DNA of 64,000 nucleotides from Candidatus Dormiibacterota bacterium (GTDB lineage: Bacteria; Chloroflexota; Dormibacteria; Aeolococcales; Aeolococcaceae), in contig CAWEEP010000074.1 of assembly GCA_963808125.1 (NCBI GenBank), positions 116 to 64,115 on the forward strand, read 5' to 3'. Every line of letters begins with the position of its first letter. The stretch's first letter is position 1. The notes under the pieces were generated by a model. The model worked only from the letters and a program-made list of their open reading frames with translations, did not search any database and was not told the DNA's origin. The position numbers and the translations under genes are program-made. Shown here piece by piece: positions 47,509 through 58,293 of this stretch.

Positions 47509-48579
47509 ATGACCATCGCCCCCACCCTGACGGGAACGCCGGGCACGGCGCCGGCCTCGGCCCCGGCGGAGACCCGTTCCCGCGTGCTGCGCCTGCCGCG
47601 TTCGCCGAAGATCATCGTCGGGCTGGTCATCCTGGCGCTGTTCGCGCTGATGGCCATCATCGGGCCGCTGATCGCCCCCTACTCCCCCGATTACTACAGC
47701 CTCAGCTTCGTCGCCCACACGCCCATCCCCGGCAATCCCGGCCTGTACTACCCAACACCCCTCTCGCCGTCGGGCGCCCACTGGCTGGGTACCACCGAGT
47801 ACGCCCAGGACGTCTGGTCCCAGTTGCTCTGGTCAGCCCGCGCCACGCTCCTGGTCGGCTTCCTCGCCGGGCTCATCGCCACGGCGATGTCGGTGCTCGT
47901 CGGGGTGAGCGCCGGGTACTTGGGCGGCTACTCTGACGAGGGGCTGTCGCTCTTCTCCAACGTCTTCCTCGCCATCCCCGGCCTACCCCTCCTCATCGTC
48001 CTCGCCAGCTACGTGCCGTCCGCCGACACGGACCCGGTGCTGATCGCCCTCATCGTCGCAGTCACTGGCTGGGCGTACGGCGCGAGGGTCATGCGAGCGC
48101 AGACGCTGTCGCTGCGAAACCGCGACTTCGTCGAGGCGGCCAGGGTTGCCGGCGAGAGCCGGCTGCGCATCATCCTCGCCGAGGTCCTGCCCAACCTCGT
48201 CCCCATCGTCGCGGCCTCCTTCCTCTTCACCACGCTCTACGCCATCGGCGCCTACGTCTCCCTCTCCTTCCTCGGGCTGGCCGGCACCGACGTCTGGAAC
48301 TGGGGGACGATGCTCTTCCACGCGCAGGCCCAGAGCGCCGTCATCAGCGGCTGGTGGTGGTGGTGGGCTCCCCCCGGCATCTGCATCGCTCTGGTCGCCA
48401 CCGCGCTGGCGCTGGTCAACTTCGGCATCGACGAGTTCATCAACCCCCGGCTGCGCGCCTCCGGCGTCTCCAGCAAGGCGGCGCGCAAGGCGGGCGTGGG
48501 TGGCCGGCCGAAGTTCGGCTACACCCCCGTGATGCGGAAGAAGGCATCGGCCCCCGTTGCCGAAGGGAGTGCCCAATGA
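47509..48579 (+). CDS. ABC transporter permease, Opp/Dpp family (DppC-like)
   Basis: HWLGTTEYAQDVWSQLLW, FVEAARVAGESRLRII. Found in the tail of track ORF 46504..48579, starting from the ATG at 47509. Confidence 0.88.
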   Translation: MTIAPTLTGTPGTAPASAPAETRSRVLRLPRSPKIIVGLVILALFALMAIIGPLIAPYSPDYYSLSFVAHTPIPGNPGLYYPTPLSPSGAHWLGTTEYAQDVWSQLLWSARATLLVGFLAGLIATAMSVLVGVSAGYLGGYSDEGLSLFSNVFLAIPGLPLLIVLASYVPSADTDPVLIALIVAVTGWAYGARVMRAQTLSLRNRDFVEAARVAGESRLRIILAEVLPNLVPIVAASFLFTTLYAIGAYVSLSFLGLAGTDVWNWGTMLFHAQAQSAVISGWWWWWAPPGICIALVATALALVNFGIDEFINPRLRASGVSSKAARKAGVGGRPKFGYTPVMRKKASAPVAEGSAQ

Positions 48580-49739
48580 GCCCGGATACGAGCCGGGTCA
48601 CCGGCTCGGCAGGCGCGGTGGTTCCCGCCGTGGCCCCGAAGCTCGCCGAGCCGGTGCTCGAGATCAAGGGTCTCTGCGTCGATTACGGCTACGGCGAGGA
48701 CGCGGTCCACGCGGTTGTGGACTGTGACCTGACGCTGCGTCGCGGACAGGTCCTCGGGCTGGCGGGCGAGAGCGGCAGTGGCAAGTCGACCATCGCCATG
48801 GCCGCCATCCGCCTCCTGCGCGCTCCCGGGATCATCACCGGCGGGGAGGTCGTCTTCCACTCCAAGAAGACCGGCCCTGACGGGGAGAGGCTGACCATCG
48901 ACATGCTGGCCGCCAGCGAGGAGCAGTTGCGCTCGGTGCGGTGGTCCGACATCTCGGTCGTCTTCCAGAGCGCACTGAACGCGCTGAACCCGGTGAAGAG
49001 CATCGGCTACCAGTTCAACGACCTCCTGCAGGTGCACCGCCCCGATCTCTCCGGCTCGCAGAGGACAGAGCGGGCGGCCCACCTCCTCAACCTGGTGGGA
49101 ATGACCGGCGACCGGCTGCGCAGCTTCGCCCACGAGCTCTCCGGCGGCATGCGGCAGCGCGCCATGATCGCCATGGCCCTGGCTCTCGAGCCGCAGGTGA
49201 TGATCCTCGACGAGCCGACCACCGCCCTCGACGTGGTCACCCAGCGCGAGATCCTCGAGGAGCTGATGGGCCTGCGCGACCGCCTCGGTTTCGCCGCCCT
49301 CTTCATCACCCACGACCTGTCCCTGTTGGTCGAGCTGGCCGACGACATCGCGGTGATGTACGCCGGCCGCCTGGCCGAGCGCGCCGCCTCCGCCTCGCTG
49401 TTCCGGGCGCCGCGGCATCCGTACACGTACGGCCTTCTTCACTGCTTCCCCCCGATGCACGGGGAGCGGGGCTCGATGGACGGCATCCCCGGTTCGCCGC
49501 CCGATCTCAAGGCCATCCCGTCGGGATGCGCCTTCCACCCGCGCTGTCCATGGGCGATGGAGCGGTGCCGGCTGGAGGTGCCCGCCCTGACCTCGATCAA
49601 CGGCTCGAGCCGTGAGGCCGCCTGCTGGCTCCACAGCGCGGGGGCGACGGTCCCAACCGAGTTGGGCCTCCCCGATCCGGCCGCGCCGAAGCCCGTGTCG
49701 GTGCCCGCTGCCCCGCGCCCCCGGAGGGCCGATCGATGA
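48576..49739 (+). CDS. ABC transporter ATP-binding protein (DppD/OppD-like)
   Basis: GESGSGKST, LSGGMRQRAMIAMAL, LILDEPTTALD, and the oligopeptide-type C-terminal motif HPYTYGLL ... GCAFHPRCP. The ATG overlaps the previous stop. Confidence 0.9.
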   Translation: MSPDTSRVTGSAGAVVPAVAPKLAEPVLEIKGLCVDYGYGEDAVHAVVDCDLTLRRGQVLGLAGESGSGKSTIAMAAIRLLRAPGIITGGEVVFHSKKTGPDGERLTIDMLAASEEQLRSVRWSDISVVFQSALNALNPVKSIGYQFNDLLQVHRPDLSGSQRTERAAHLLNLVGMTGDRLRSFAHELSGGMRQRAMIAMALALEPQVMILDEPTTALDVVTQREILEELMGLRDRLGFAALFITHDLSLLVELADDIAVMYAGRLAERAASASLFRAPRHPYTYGLLHCFPPMHGERGSMDGIPGSPPDLKAIPSGCAFHPRCPWAMERCRLEVPALTSINGSSREAACWLHSAGATVPTELGLPDPAAPKPVSVPAAPRPRRADR

Positions 49740-50827
49740 GCCTGGCAGCGCCGCAGACGCCGGCGGACAGCGCCACCCAGGCCCCAGTGCTGGAAGGCCG
49801 TCACCTCACCAAGTACTTCTGGGTCAAGAACAAGAGTGGAGTGTTCTCCCGCCGGGCCCGGCTCAGCGCGGTGGAGGACGTCTCCATCAGCCTCGCCGCC
49901 GGCCGGGTCACCGCCGTGGTCGGGGAGAGCGGCTCCGGGAAGACGACCGTCGCCCGGATGCTGGCCAAGATCATCAACCCCAACGTCGGCGAGGTGCTGC
50001 TCGACGGCACGCCCGTCCCGCACCGGCGGTCGCGCCAGTACGCGTCGAACGTGCAGATGGTCTTCCAGGACCCGTTCGCCTCCCTCAACCCCGTGCACCG
50101 GGTTCGCTACGACCTGATCCGGCCCCTGAAGATCCATCACGCCGCTGAAGGGAACATCGACGACGCGGTGGCCGACCTGCTTCGCCGTGTGGCTCTGGAG
50201 CCCGCCTCGCAGTTCGTGGACAAGTTCCCCCATGAGCTCTCCGGCGGACAGCGCCAGCGCGTGGCCATCGCCCGCGCCCTCGCTGTCCGCCCTCGCGTCC
50301 TGCTCGCCGATGAGCCGGTGTCGATGCTCGACGTCTCCATCCGCCTGGGCGTGCTCAACCTCCTTGCCGACCTGCGTGACCGCGAGCACCTGGCCATCCT
50401 CTACGTCACCCACGACATCGCCTCGGCGCGGTATCTCGCCGAGACCATCGTTGTCATGTACGCCGGTCAGCTCGTCGAGCAGGCTCCCAGCGGCAGCCTC
50501 ACCGACAACCCGGCGCACCCCTACACACAGCTGCTGCTCTCCGCCGCTCCCGATCCCGACCGCCAGGAACCCCCGACCCTCGCCGGCAGCGGCGCCCCGC
50601 CAAGCCTCATCGCGCCGCCCAGCGGCTGCCGTTTCCACCCGCGCTGCCCGTACGTCATGGACATCTGCTCGCAGCAGGCGCCCCCGAGCGTCGAGGTGGG
50701 AACCGGGCATTCGGCCGCCTGCTGGCTCCATGTCGAGCCGGCGAAGCGGCGCCTCGACGGCGCCGTGATCCCTGCGAACGCAACCCCGGCGAACGCAACC
50801 CTGAGTAGCACCCCGGAGGAGGACTGA
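49736..50827 (+). CDS. ABC transporter ATP-binding protein (DppF/OppF-like)
   Basis: [43 protein letters not shown] ... GCRFHPRCP. Confidence 0.9.
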   Translation: MSLAAPQTPADSATQAPVLEGRHLTKYFWVKNKSGVFSRRARLSAVEDVSISLAAGRVTAVVGESGSGKTTVARMLAKIINPNVGEVLLDGTPVPHRRSRQYASNVQMVFQDPFASLNPVHRVRYDLIRPLKIHHAAEGNIDDAVADLLRRVALEPASQFVDKFPHELSGGQRQRVAIARALAVRPRVLLADEPVSMLDVSIRLGVLNLLADLRDREHLAILYVTHDIASARYLAETIVVMYAGQLVEQAPSGSLTDNPAHPYTQLLLSAAPDPDRQEPPTLAGSGAPPSLIAPPSGCRFHPRCPYVMDICSQQAPPSVEVGTGHSAACWLHVEPAKRRLDGAVIPANATPANATLSSTPEED

Positions 50828-51012
50828 GGAGGAGATGGCCCATGGCATAGTTCGAACCCCGCCGGCCTCCGCGAGCGGATGGAGACCGCCGCTCGGCGCG
50901 CGTCAGCGCGACGCCGGGCCTGATCGGCCTCCATAGCCGGCTCCTCCGGAAACCGGCACCCATTAGCAGAGTGCGGCTCACTCGGGCCGCGCATCACGGA
51001 GATCACGCATAG

Positions 51013-52744
51013 ATGAATCCCAGAGCACTGGTGGCGCTGGCCGCTGTTGCCGCTCTCGGAGCGGCCGCATGTGGCTCGTCGTCCACTTCGACCTCGCCTG
51101 GTACCGGCTCAGGCAAGCCCGGGCCGGCCCTGGTTGAGGAAGCGAACACAGGTGTCACGTTCACTCAGAACTTCAACCCGTTCGAACTCCTCGTCGACGG
51201 CGAAGGCGATGAACATGACGTCGCTCGTGTACGAGCCCCTGTTCGAGTTCGATGCCCTCAACCCTGCCGAGATCCATCCTTGGCTCGGCACCAAGTACAG
51301 CTTCGACAGCACCGGTCAGAACCTCACCGTCACGATTCGTAGTGGCGTGAAGTGGAACGACGGCTCGGCCCTCACGGCCAACGACGTCGCCTTCACCTTC
51401 TCGCTCATCATGAACAACTCTGCGGCGAACGACAACGGCGTTCCGACTCAGTCGTCTGCCCCGACGGTCAGCGGCGACACCGTGACGCTGCACTTCGCGA
51501 CGGCCCAGTACACGAACCTCAACTCGATCCTGGGCTCGCAGCTCATCGTTCCGCAGAAGCAGTGGACCTCCGTCTCGACCCCGGCCACGGCGACCATCGC
51601 CACCCCGGTCGGCTCGGGTCCCTTCATGCTGTCGAGCTTCTCCACCCAGGTGATCAAGTTCAAGCCCAACAAGTACTACTGGGGCGGCACTCCTCCCGAG
51701 TCCGAGGTTGACGTTCCGTACTACGCGACCAATGACGCGGCCAGCCAGGCTCTCGTCGCTGGTACCCTTGACTGGGCTGGCAACGACATCGCCAACGTCT
51801 ACGCCAACTACGTGGACCTGAACCCCTCGACCAACCACGCATGGTTTGCCCCTGGCAACACCGTGACCCTGTGGTTCAACGTCAGCGGCGCCAACGCGGT
51901 GCCCGCTCTTGAAGATGCCCAGGTTCGCCTGGCCATCAGCGCCGGCATCGACCGCACGGCTCTCGCCGAACTCGGTGAGTTGGGCTACGAGCAGCCGGCA
52001 ACGTCGTCCAGCGGTCTCGAGCTGCCGAGCCAGTCGGCCTACCTGACCGCGGCGCAGACCAATGACCTCGAGGCCGACAACGACCCCGCCAAGGTCAACA
52101 AGATCCTCACTGCCGATGGCTACACCGCCCCCGCCGCTGGCGCGGGCTCGTGCACCTCGGCCTCTGGCGCAGCACCCGCAGTGCCCGCCAACTGCTACAC
52201 CAAGGGCGGAACCCCGATCGTGTTCGCGATCGAGGACCCGGTCCCCTACTCCGACTACTGGGAAGATGACCAGCTCATCGTCTCGGAGCTGAACTCCGAG
52301 GGTATCGCCGCCTGGTCGAAGGGTGACAACCCTGACACCGGCTGGTACACCGACATGGGCGACGGCAACTTCCAGTCGATGATCCACTGGGGCAACGGTG
52401 GTGCCACCCCGTTCGTGCAGCTGCAGAACTGGCTGGATTCGTCCCAGCCTGAGTCCGCGGGCGATTACGGCAAGTACGTGAACGCAGACGCGGCAGCAGC
52501 CCTGACCACGCTCGAGGGCACCAACCCGGACAACACCGCGGCAGTGACCACGGCCGTCCAGACCCTCACGAACATCATCTCGACTAACGCTCCGGTTGTG
52601 CCTCTGCTCTACGGCGCGGACTGGAACGTTTACAGCACCGCTCACTACGTTGGCTGGCCGGATGGCGCGAATCCCTACATGGATCCCTCGCCGGACGACC
52701 CGCAGCTTCCCTACATCCTGATGCAGCTCAAGGCTGTCGGCTGA
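51013..52744 (+). CDS. ABC transporter substrate-binding lipoprotein, family 5; 1-nt insertion near 51184
   Basis: Lipobox [10 protein letters not shown] in ORF 51013..51342. After NFNPF the frame shifts to ORF 51047..52744 ([36 protein letters not shown]). Third-position G/C is visibly lower than in the neighbouring genes. Confidence 0.85.
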
Positions 52745-52758
52745 CGTATCTAATGTCT

Positions 52759-52777
52759 CTCTGACCTCGGGTCAGAG
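52759..52777 (+). terminator. hairpin CTCTGACC-TCG-GGTCAGAG 15 nt after the SBP stop
   Basis: Perfect 8-bp stem with a 3-nt loop. No U-tract. Confidence 0.35.
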
Positions 52778-53105
52778 GACGGTTCCGTGGTCGGCCCGCC
52801 CAGCGTGATGGGCGGGCCAGATCCGGCCGGCAACGTGCCGGCCGGATCCCGGGCCAGGGGTGGTGGCCCCGGCCGGCGTCCCAGTGCGGGGCGGCGGCCG
52901 AGGGCCCTCCCGCCCGGCGGCGGGACAGCGCACCGACGGGAGCCGGGCCGCACTCCTCGAGTTGCTCCGCCTCCGCCGCTCGCCCCGCTGTTGCCGGGGC
53001 CGCGGAACGCCGCAAACTCCGCCCCCGGGCGGTGGAAGACCGCCCGGCGGGCGATCAGTGGTAGTGTCCCTGCCGCCACGACAGTCAATCTCACGAGGAG
53101 AGGCC

Positions 53106-55559
53106 GTGCGCTACGGACACTTCGATGACGCGCGACGCGAGTACGTCATCTCCCGCCCCGACACCCCCCTTCCCTGGATCAACTACCTGGGCATGGAGGA
53201 GTACTTCGGCATCATCTCCAATACCGCCGGGGGCTACTCCTTCGTGCGCGACGCGAGGCTGCGGCGCCTGACCCGGTACCGGTACAACAACGCGCCGGCG
53301 GACATCGGCGGCCGCTACCTCTACCTGCGTGATGACGCGACCGGCGAGAACTGGTCCCCCTCCTGGCAACCGACGCAGACCGCTCTCGATGCCTACGAGT
53401 GCCGGCACGGGCTGGCCTACACCAGGATCGCGTCGACCTACCGCGGCATCCGCGCGGAGACCCTCTACTACGTGCCGCTGGGGGAGACCCTCGAGGTGTG
53501 GCGCCTGCGGCTCAGCAACCTGAGCGCCGAGCACCGGCAGGTATCTCTCTTCTCTTCCATCGAGTTCTGCCTCTGGGACGCGCAGGACGATGGCACGAAC
53601 TTCCAGCGCAACTTCTCCACCGGCGAGGTCGAGGTCGTCGACGGTGTCATCTATCACAAGACCGAGTACCGGGAGCGGCGCGACCATTTTGCGTACTTCG
53701 CCTGCTCGGAGCCGCTGGCGGGCTTCGACACCCAGCGCGAGGATTTCCTCGGTCCCTACCGCGGTTGGGATCGGCCCCTCACCGTCGAGCGAGGCGCCGC
53801 CTGCAACTCGATCGCACACGGGTGGGCGCCGATCGGCTCCCACCACGTCAAGCTGGAAATGGGGCCGCATGACGAGAAGGAGATCGTCTTCGTGCTCGGC
53901 TACGCGGAGAACCTCCGCGACGACAAGTTCGACCCGAAGGGCAGCCAGGTCGTCAACAAGCGGTCTGTGCGGCCCGTCATCGATCGCTGGCTGCAGCCCG
54001 CGACGGTGGAGGCGGGTCTGGCCAAACTCCGCGAGCGATGGGACTCCCTGCTCTCCGCCTACCAGGTGGAGAGCCCGGACGAGCACACCGACCGCATGGT
54101 CAACCTCTGGAACGCCTACCAGTGCATGGTCACCTTCAACTTGAGCCGCTCGACGTCTCTGTTCGAGTCGGGGATCGGCCGCGGCATGGGATTCCGGGAC
54201 TCCAACCAGGACCTGCTCGGCTTCGTCCACATGATCCCGGAGCGCGCCCGCGATCGCATCCTCGACATCGCGGCGACCCAGCTGCCCACCGGCGGCGCCT
54301 ACCACCAGTATCAGCCCCTGACCAAGCGTGGGAACAACGACATCGGCTCCGGCTTCAACGACGATCCGCTCTGGCTCGTGCTCGGCGTCGCCGCCTACCT
54401 GCGTGAGACCGGCGACACGGCGATCCTCGACTGCGCCGTCCCCTACGACAACGACGCGGCGAGCGCGACACCGCTCCTGGAGCACCTGGAGCGTAGCCTC
54501 GCCTACACGCTGGACCGGCTCGGTTCCCACGGCCTGCCGCTGATCGGCCGTGCCGACTGGAACGACTGCCTCAACCTGAACTGCTTCTCGGAGACACCGG
54601 GCGAACCATTCCAGACCACGGAGAACCGCGAGGGAGGGGTCGCCGAGTTCGTCTTCATCGCCGGCCAGTTCATCCTCGCCGCGACGGAGATGGCGACCAT
54701 CGTCCAGGAACTCGGTCACGGGGAGCAGGCGGCCGCCTACCGCGAGCAGGCGCACCGAATGGAGTTGGCTGTCGCCGAACACGGGTGGGACGGGGAGTGG
54801 TTCCGCCGCGCCTACGACCACTTCGGCAAGCCGGTGGGCTCAGCCTCGTGCGCTGAGGGCCAGATCTTCATCGAACCGCAGGGCATGTGCGTCATGGCCG
54901 GAGTGGGACTCGCCGACGGCCGGGCCCGGCAGGCCCTCGACAGCGTCGCCCAGCGGCTCGGCACCGAACACGGGCTGAACCTGCTGCAGCCGGCGTTCAC
55001 CCACTACTACGTGGAGCTCGGCGAGATCTCCTCCTACCCGCCGGGGTACAAGGAGAACGCCGGAATCTTCTGCCACACCAACCCCTGGATCATGATCGCC
55101 GAGGCGATGGTCGGCGACGGAGCGGCGGCCTTCGACTACTACCGGCGCACCAACCCCTCGGCGCGCGAGGGCATCAGCGACCTCCACCGCTGCGAGCCCT
55201 ATGTCTACGCTCAGATGATCGCCGGCAGCGACGCCCCCAGCCACGGCGAGGCGAAGAACTCGTGGCTCACCGGCTCCGCCGCCTGGAACTTCGTGGCCAT
55301 CACCCAGTGGATCCTGGGCATCCGCCCCGAGCACGCGGGACTCCGCATCGACCCCGTGATCCCGGCCGACTGGCCGGGCTTCCGCGTCATCCGCCGCTTC
55401 CGGGGCGCCACCTACCGCATCCGGGTCACCAAGCCGGTGGGGTCCACTGGGCGGGTCACGCGGCTCATCGTCGACGGCACCATGCTGGAGAGCAACCTCC
55501 TGCCTCTTGCCGCCGCCGGCAGCACCGTCGACGTGGAGGCGGTCGTCCCGGCCTCCTAG
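53106..55559 (+). CDS. GH94 cellobiose (or chitobiose) phosphorylase
   Basis: From the GTG at 53106, after GGAGAGG. RYGHFDDARREYVISRPDTPLPWINYLG, RYRYNNAPADIGGRYLY, FCLWDAQDDGTNFQRN, GIGRGMGFRDSNQDLLGF, HQYQPLTKRGNNDIGSGFNDDPLWL, GRADWNDCLNLNCFS, YPPGYKENAGIFCHTNPW, EPYVYAQMIAG, NSWLTGSAAWNF. Near-collinear with Cellvibrio gilvus CBP as I recall it. Confidence 0.92.
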   Translation: MRYGHFDDARREYVISRPDTPLPWINYLGMEEYFGIISNTAGGYSFVRDARLRRLTRYRYNNAPADIGGRYLYLRDDATGENWSPSWQPTQTALDAYECRHGLAYTRIASTYRGIRAETLYYVPLGETLEVWRLRLSNLSAEHRQVSLFSSIEFCLWDAQDDGTNFQRNFSTGEVEVVDGVIYHKTEYRERRDHFAYFACSEPLAGFDTQREDFLGPYRGWDRPLTVERGAACNSIAHGWAPIGSHHVKLEMGPHDEKEIVFVLGYAENLRDDKFDPKGSQVVNKRSVRPVIDRWLQPATVEAGLAKLRERWDSLLSAYQVESPDEHTDRMVNLWNAYQCMVTFNLSRSTSLFESGIGRGMGFRDSNQDLLGFVHMIPERARDRILDIAATQLPTGGAYHQYQPLTKRGNNDIGSGFNDDPLWLVLGVAAYLRETGDTAILDCAVPYDNDAASATPLLEHLERSLAYTLDRLGSHGLPLIGRADWNDCLNLNCFSETPGEPFQTTENREGGVAEFVFIAGQFILAATEMATIVQELGHGEQAAAYREQAHRMELAVAEHGWDGEWFRRAYDHFGKPVGSASCAEGQIFIEPQGMCVMAGVGLADGRARQALDSVAQRLGTEHGLNLLQPAFTHYYVELGEISSYPPGYKENAGIFCHTNPWIMIAEAMVGDGAAAFDYYRRTNPSAREGISDLHRCEPYVYAQMIAGSDAPSHGEAKNSWLTGSAAWNFVAITQWILGIRPEHAGLRIDPVIPADWPGFRVIRRFRGATYRIRVTKPVGSTGRVTRLIVDGTMLESNLLPLAAAGSTVDVEAVVPAS

Positions 55560-55610
55560 GCCCGTCCCGCCGACCCCGCGGTCGCCCCGCATCCCCCACA
55601 ATCTCGAGCC

Positions 55611-56675
55611 ATGTCGCGCTTCCGCCGGCCCTCGCTCGGTCCTGCCTTCGGCTACGTCCCCGGGGAGCAGCCTCCCGATGGCGAGACGTGGATCAAGCTC
55701 AACACCAACGAATCGCCCCTGCCCGCGTCATCGTCGGTGGCCCCGGCGGTCGCGGCCGCGGTGAGCAGCCTGCGCCGCTACCCGGACCCGTCCGCCGAGC
55801 CGCTGCGTTCGGCCCTCGCCGGCTACCACGGCCTGCGCCGCGAGCAGATCCTGCTGGGGAACGGCGCCGACCAGGTCTTGGAGGCGTGCTTCCGAGCCTT
55901 CTGCGAGCCGGGAGACGTCGCCGTGCTCACCCGTCCAACCTACTCGCTGCTGGCGGGGCTCGCCCGTCTCGGCGGCGTCGCCGTGGAGACCGTGCCCCTC
56001 GGCGTCGACGGCTTCGTCCCCCCCGCGCTGGCGACCACCCCCGCAGCCCTGCGGGTGCTGGTCAACCCCAACTCGCCGACGGGGACCTGGCTTCCCGCGG
56101 CGACCGTCGAGGCCGTGCTGGGTGCCGCCTCATCGGTGGTCGTCATCGACGAGGCCTACTCCGACTTCGCACCCGAATCCTGCATCCCGCTGCTCGACCG
56201 CCACGACAACTGGCTCATCGTGCGCACCTTCGCCAAGAGCCACGCACTGGCGGGACTGCGGGTCGGCTATGCGCTCGGCCACCCCGACCTGATCGGCGAT
56301 CTGGCGGGTGTCCTGGAAAGCTACCCGGTCGATCGCCTGGCCATCGCCGCCGCCGCCGCCGCCTTGGGCGATCGGCAACACCATGCCCGTCTCGTGGAGT
56401 TGGTGGTCTCCGAGCGGGAGCGCCTGGCCGCCTCCCTGCGCGATGCGGGCTGGGAGGTGACCAACTCGCGGGCCAACTTCGTCTTCGCCAGGCCTCCGGG
56501 GGGTGACGCCGCCGAGGTCGCCGCGGAGCTCCGCCGGCAGCGGATCCTGGTCCGCCGGTTCGCGGACCAGGCCGACCACCTGCGCATCACCGTCGGAGAT
56601 CCGGCCGAGAACGGCCGGCTGCTGGACGCCCTGGGAGTACCCGACAGAGGCAAGTCGGCGGCCGGGTCGCGCTGA
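55611..56675 (+). CDS. hisC: histidinol-phosphate aminotransferase-like class II aminotransferase
   Basis: KLNTNESP, YPDP, LLGNGADQVL, NPNSPTG, VIDEAYSDF, and RTFAKSHALAGLRVGY with the PLP lysine. Confidence 0.78.
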   Translation: MSRFRRPSLGPAFGYVPGEQPPDGETWIKLNTNESPLPASSSVAPAVAAAVSSLRRYPDPSAEPLRSALAGYHGLRREQILLGNGADQVLEACFRAFCEPGDVAVLTRPTYSLLAGLARLGGVAVETVPLGVDGFVPPALATTPAALRVLVNPNSPTGTWLPAATVEAVLGAASSVVVIDEAYSDFAPESCIPLLDRHDNWLIVRTFAKSHALAGLRVGYALGHPDLIGDLAGVLESYPVDRLAIAAAAAALGDRQHHARLVELVVSERERLAASLRDAGWEVTNSRANFVFARPPGGDAAEVAAELRRQRILVRRFADQADHLRITVGDPAENGRLLDALGVPDRGKSAAGSR

Positions 56676-56712
56676 TCCTCCGCTGAGCCTGTGCCGGTGA
56701 GCCGCGTCCGGC

Positions 56713-56925
56713 TCAGCGCCGCCGCAGGAGGAAGAGGACGAGGAGACCGGTCAGCAGGCTGGGAAGAATCCAGGGGCGCTCACCCAGGCTCTGCTCGAGC
56801 CGGGTGCGGCCGAAGCCGTCCTGGCGGGGAAGGACGATGGGGCGCTCGGTGACCAGCTCGACCAGGCCCGCAACGGGGGTCTGACCGGGCCGCAGGCTCG
56901 CCCGGGCCTCGGCCGTGATGTCCAT
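56713..56925 (-). CDS. small hypothetical tail-anchored protein (70 aa)
   Basis: The ATG at 56925 lies 6 nt after GGAGGA. Strong third-position G/C. The C-terminus is PWILPSLLTGLLVLFLLRRR. Confidence 0.4.
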   Translation of the reverse strand: MDITAEARASLRPGQTPVAGLVELVTERPIVLPRQDGFGRTRLEQSLGERPWILPSLLTGLLVLFLLRRR

Positions 56926-57145
56926 CCTCATCCTCCGCGTCCAGCCGCGGGACTCCCGCGGGAGGGCGCAAGAGTACTCCTGCGGGGCTGTCGCCGTCCC
57001 GGGGGGTGGAGGAGCGATTCGCCCGGGTGTCACCCCGGAACGCTGCGGGCACCGCCCGTCCCGAGGCAGGGAGGCGCCGTCCGGCAAACATGAGTAAAAT
57101 GGTCGGAATTCGGTGACAACGGCCTCGCTTTGGAGGAATGACACG

Positions 57146-58023
57146 GTGACCGACTACGCTCATCCCGAGGTTCTGGTCAACACGGAGTGGTTGGCGGGAC
57201 ACCTAGAAGACCCCGGCGTGCGCGTTCTCGAGGTCGACTGGGATCCGGCGTCGGCCTACGAGCTGGGCCACATCCCCGGAGCCGCCCTGGTGGACTGGAA
57301 GCGCGACATCAACGACACGGTGCGCCGGGACATCCTCTCCGCCGAGCAGTTCTCCGCTCTCATGCGGCGTCTGGGGGTGACCCCCACGGCGACCCTCGTC
57401 CTCTACGGCGACATGCGGAACTGGTTCGCCGCCTTCGCCTTCTGGACCTTCAAGATCTATGGGCACGAGGACGTCCGCCTTCTCAACGGCGGGCGCCGCA
57501 AGTGGTTCGAGGAGGGCGGGGCGGTCACCGAGGCGACGCCCTCCTTCATCGCCACGGAGTACCGGGTGGAGTCGGCGAACACCTCCCTGCGCCAGTTTCT
57601 GCCGGGCGTTCGCGATCTCATCGGCCGGGCCGACCACGGACTGGTCGACGTCCGCTCCCCGCCGAGTTCACGGGCCAGATCAGCGCGCCTCCCGAGTACC
57701 TCAACGAAGGCGCGCAGCGCAGTGGCCACATCCCCGGAGCCGTCAACATCCCCTGGGCGCAGACCATCCAGGAGGACGACACCTTCAAGCCGGCCGAGCA
57801 GCTCAAGGAACTCTACCACAGCCGTGGCGTGACCCCGGACAAGAGCATCGTCACCTACTGTCGGATCGGCGAGCGCTCCTCCCACACCTGGTTCGTCCTG
57901 ACGTACCTCCTGGGCTACCCCAACGTCGCCAACTACGACGGTTCGTGGAGCGAGTGGGGCAACTCGGTGGGCGTCCCCGTGGACAAGGCGCAGGCGGAGG
58001 TGCCACAGGCGCTCTCCGCCTGA
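57146..58023 (+). CDS. thiosulfate/3-mercaptopyruvate sulfurtransferase (tandem rhodanese); frameshift near 57660
   Basis: [17 protein letters not shown], then, after the shift (ORF 57187..58023), EFTGQ ... [11 protein letters not shown] and the active-site loop [10 protein letters not shown]. The GTG at 57146 lies 9 nt after GGAGGA. Confidence 0.85.
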
Positions 58024-58053
58024 GACCGGCGTCCCCGTAGACTTTCGGAACGA

Positions 58054-58293
58054 ATGGGGCTCCGCAACCTCGATCTGGCGACCGCCGAGGAGGGGTGCGG
58101 TGACAGCGCGCTCGGCCGCGTGCGTCGCGCCTACGAGACCCTCACCGCCGGCGAGCTTCTGGAGGTCCTCACGACCGTCTCGGAGCAGGCATTCGCGGTC
58201 CGGGTCTGGACGCGGCGGGCCGGCGGCGAGGTCGTCGAGGAGAGCCGGGAACAGGGGCGAACGCGCATCGTCCTGCGCCGCCTGGACCGGTGA
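58054..58293 (+). CDS. small TusA/SirA-like (or DUF2249-like) sulfur-carrier-fold protein
   Basis: 79 aa. LDLATAEEGCGDSALGRVRRAYETLTAGELLEV follows the TusA layout (Cys-containing loop, then GE.L.V). Sits immediately after the rhodanese gene. Confidence 0.5.
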   Translation: MGLRNLDLATAEEGCGDSALGRVRRAYETLTAGELLEVLTTVSEQAFAVRVWTRRAGGEVVEESREQGRTRIVLRRLDR

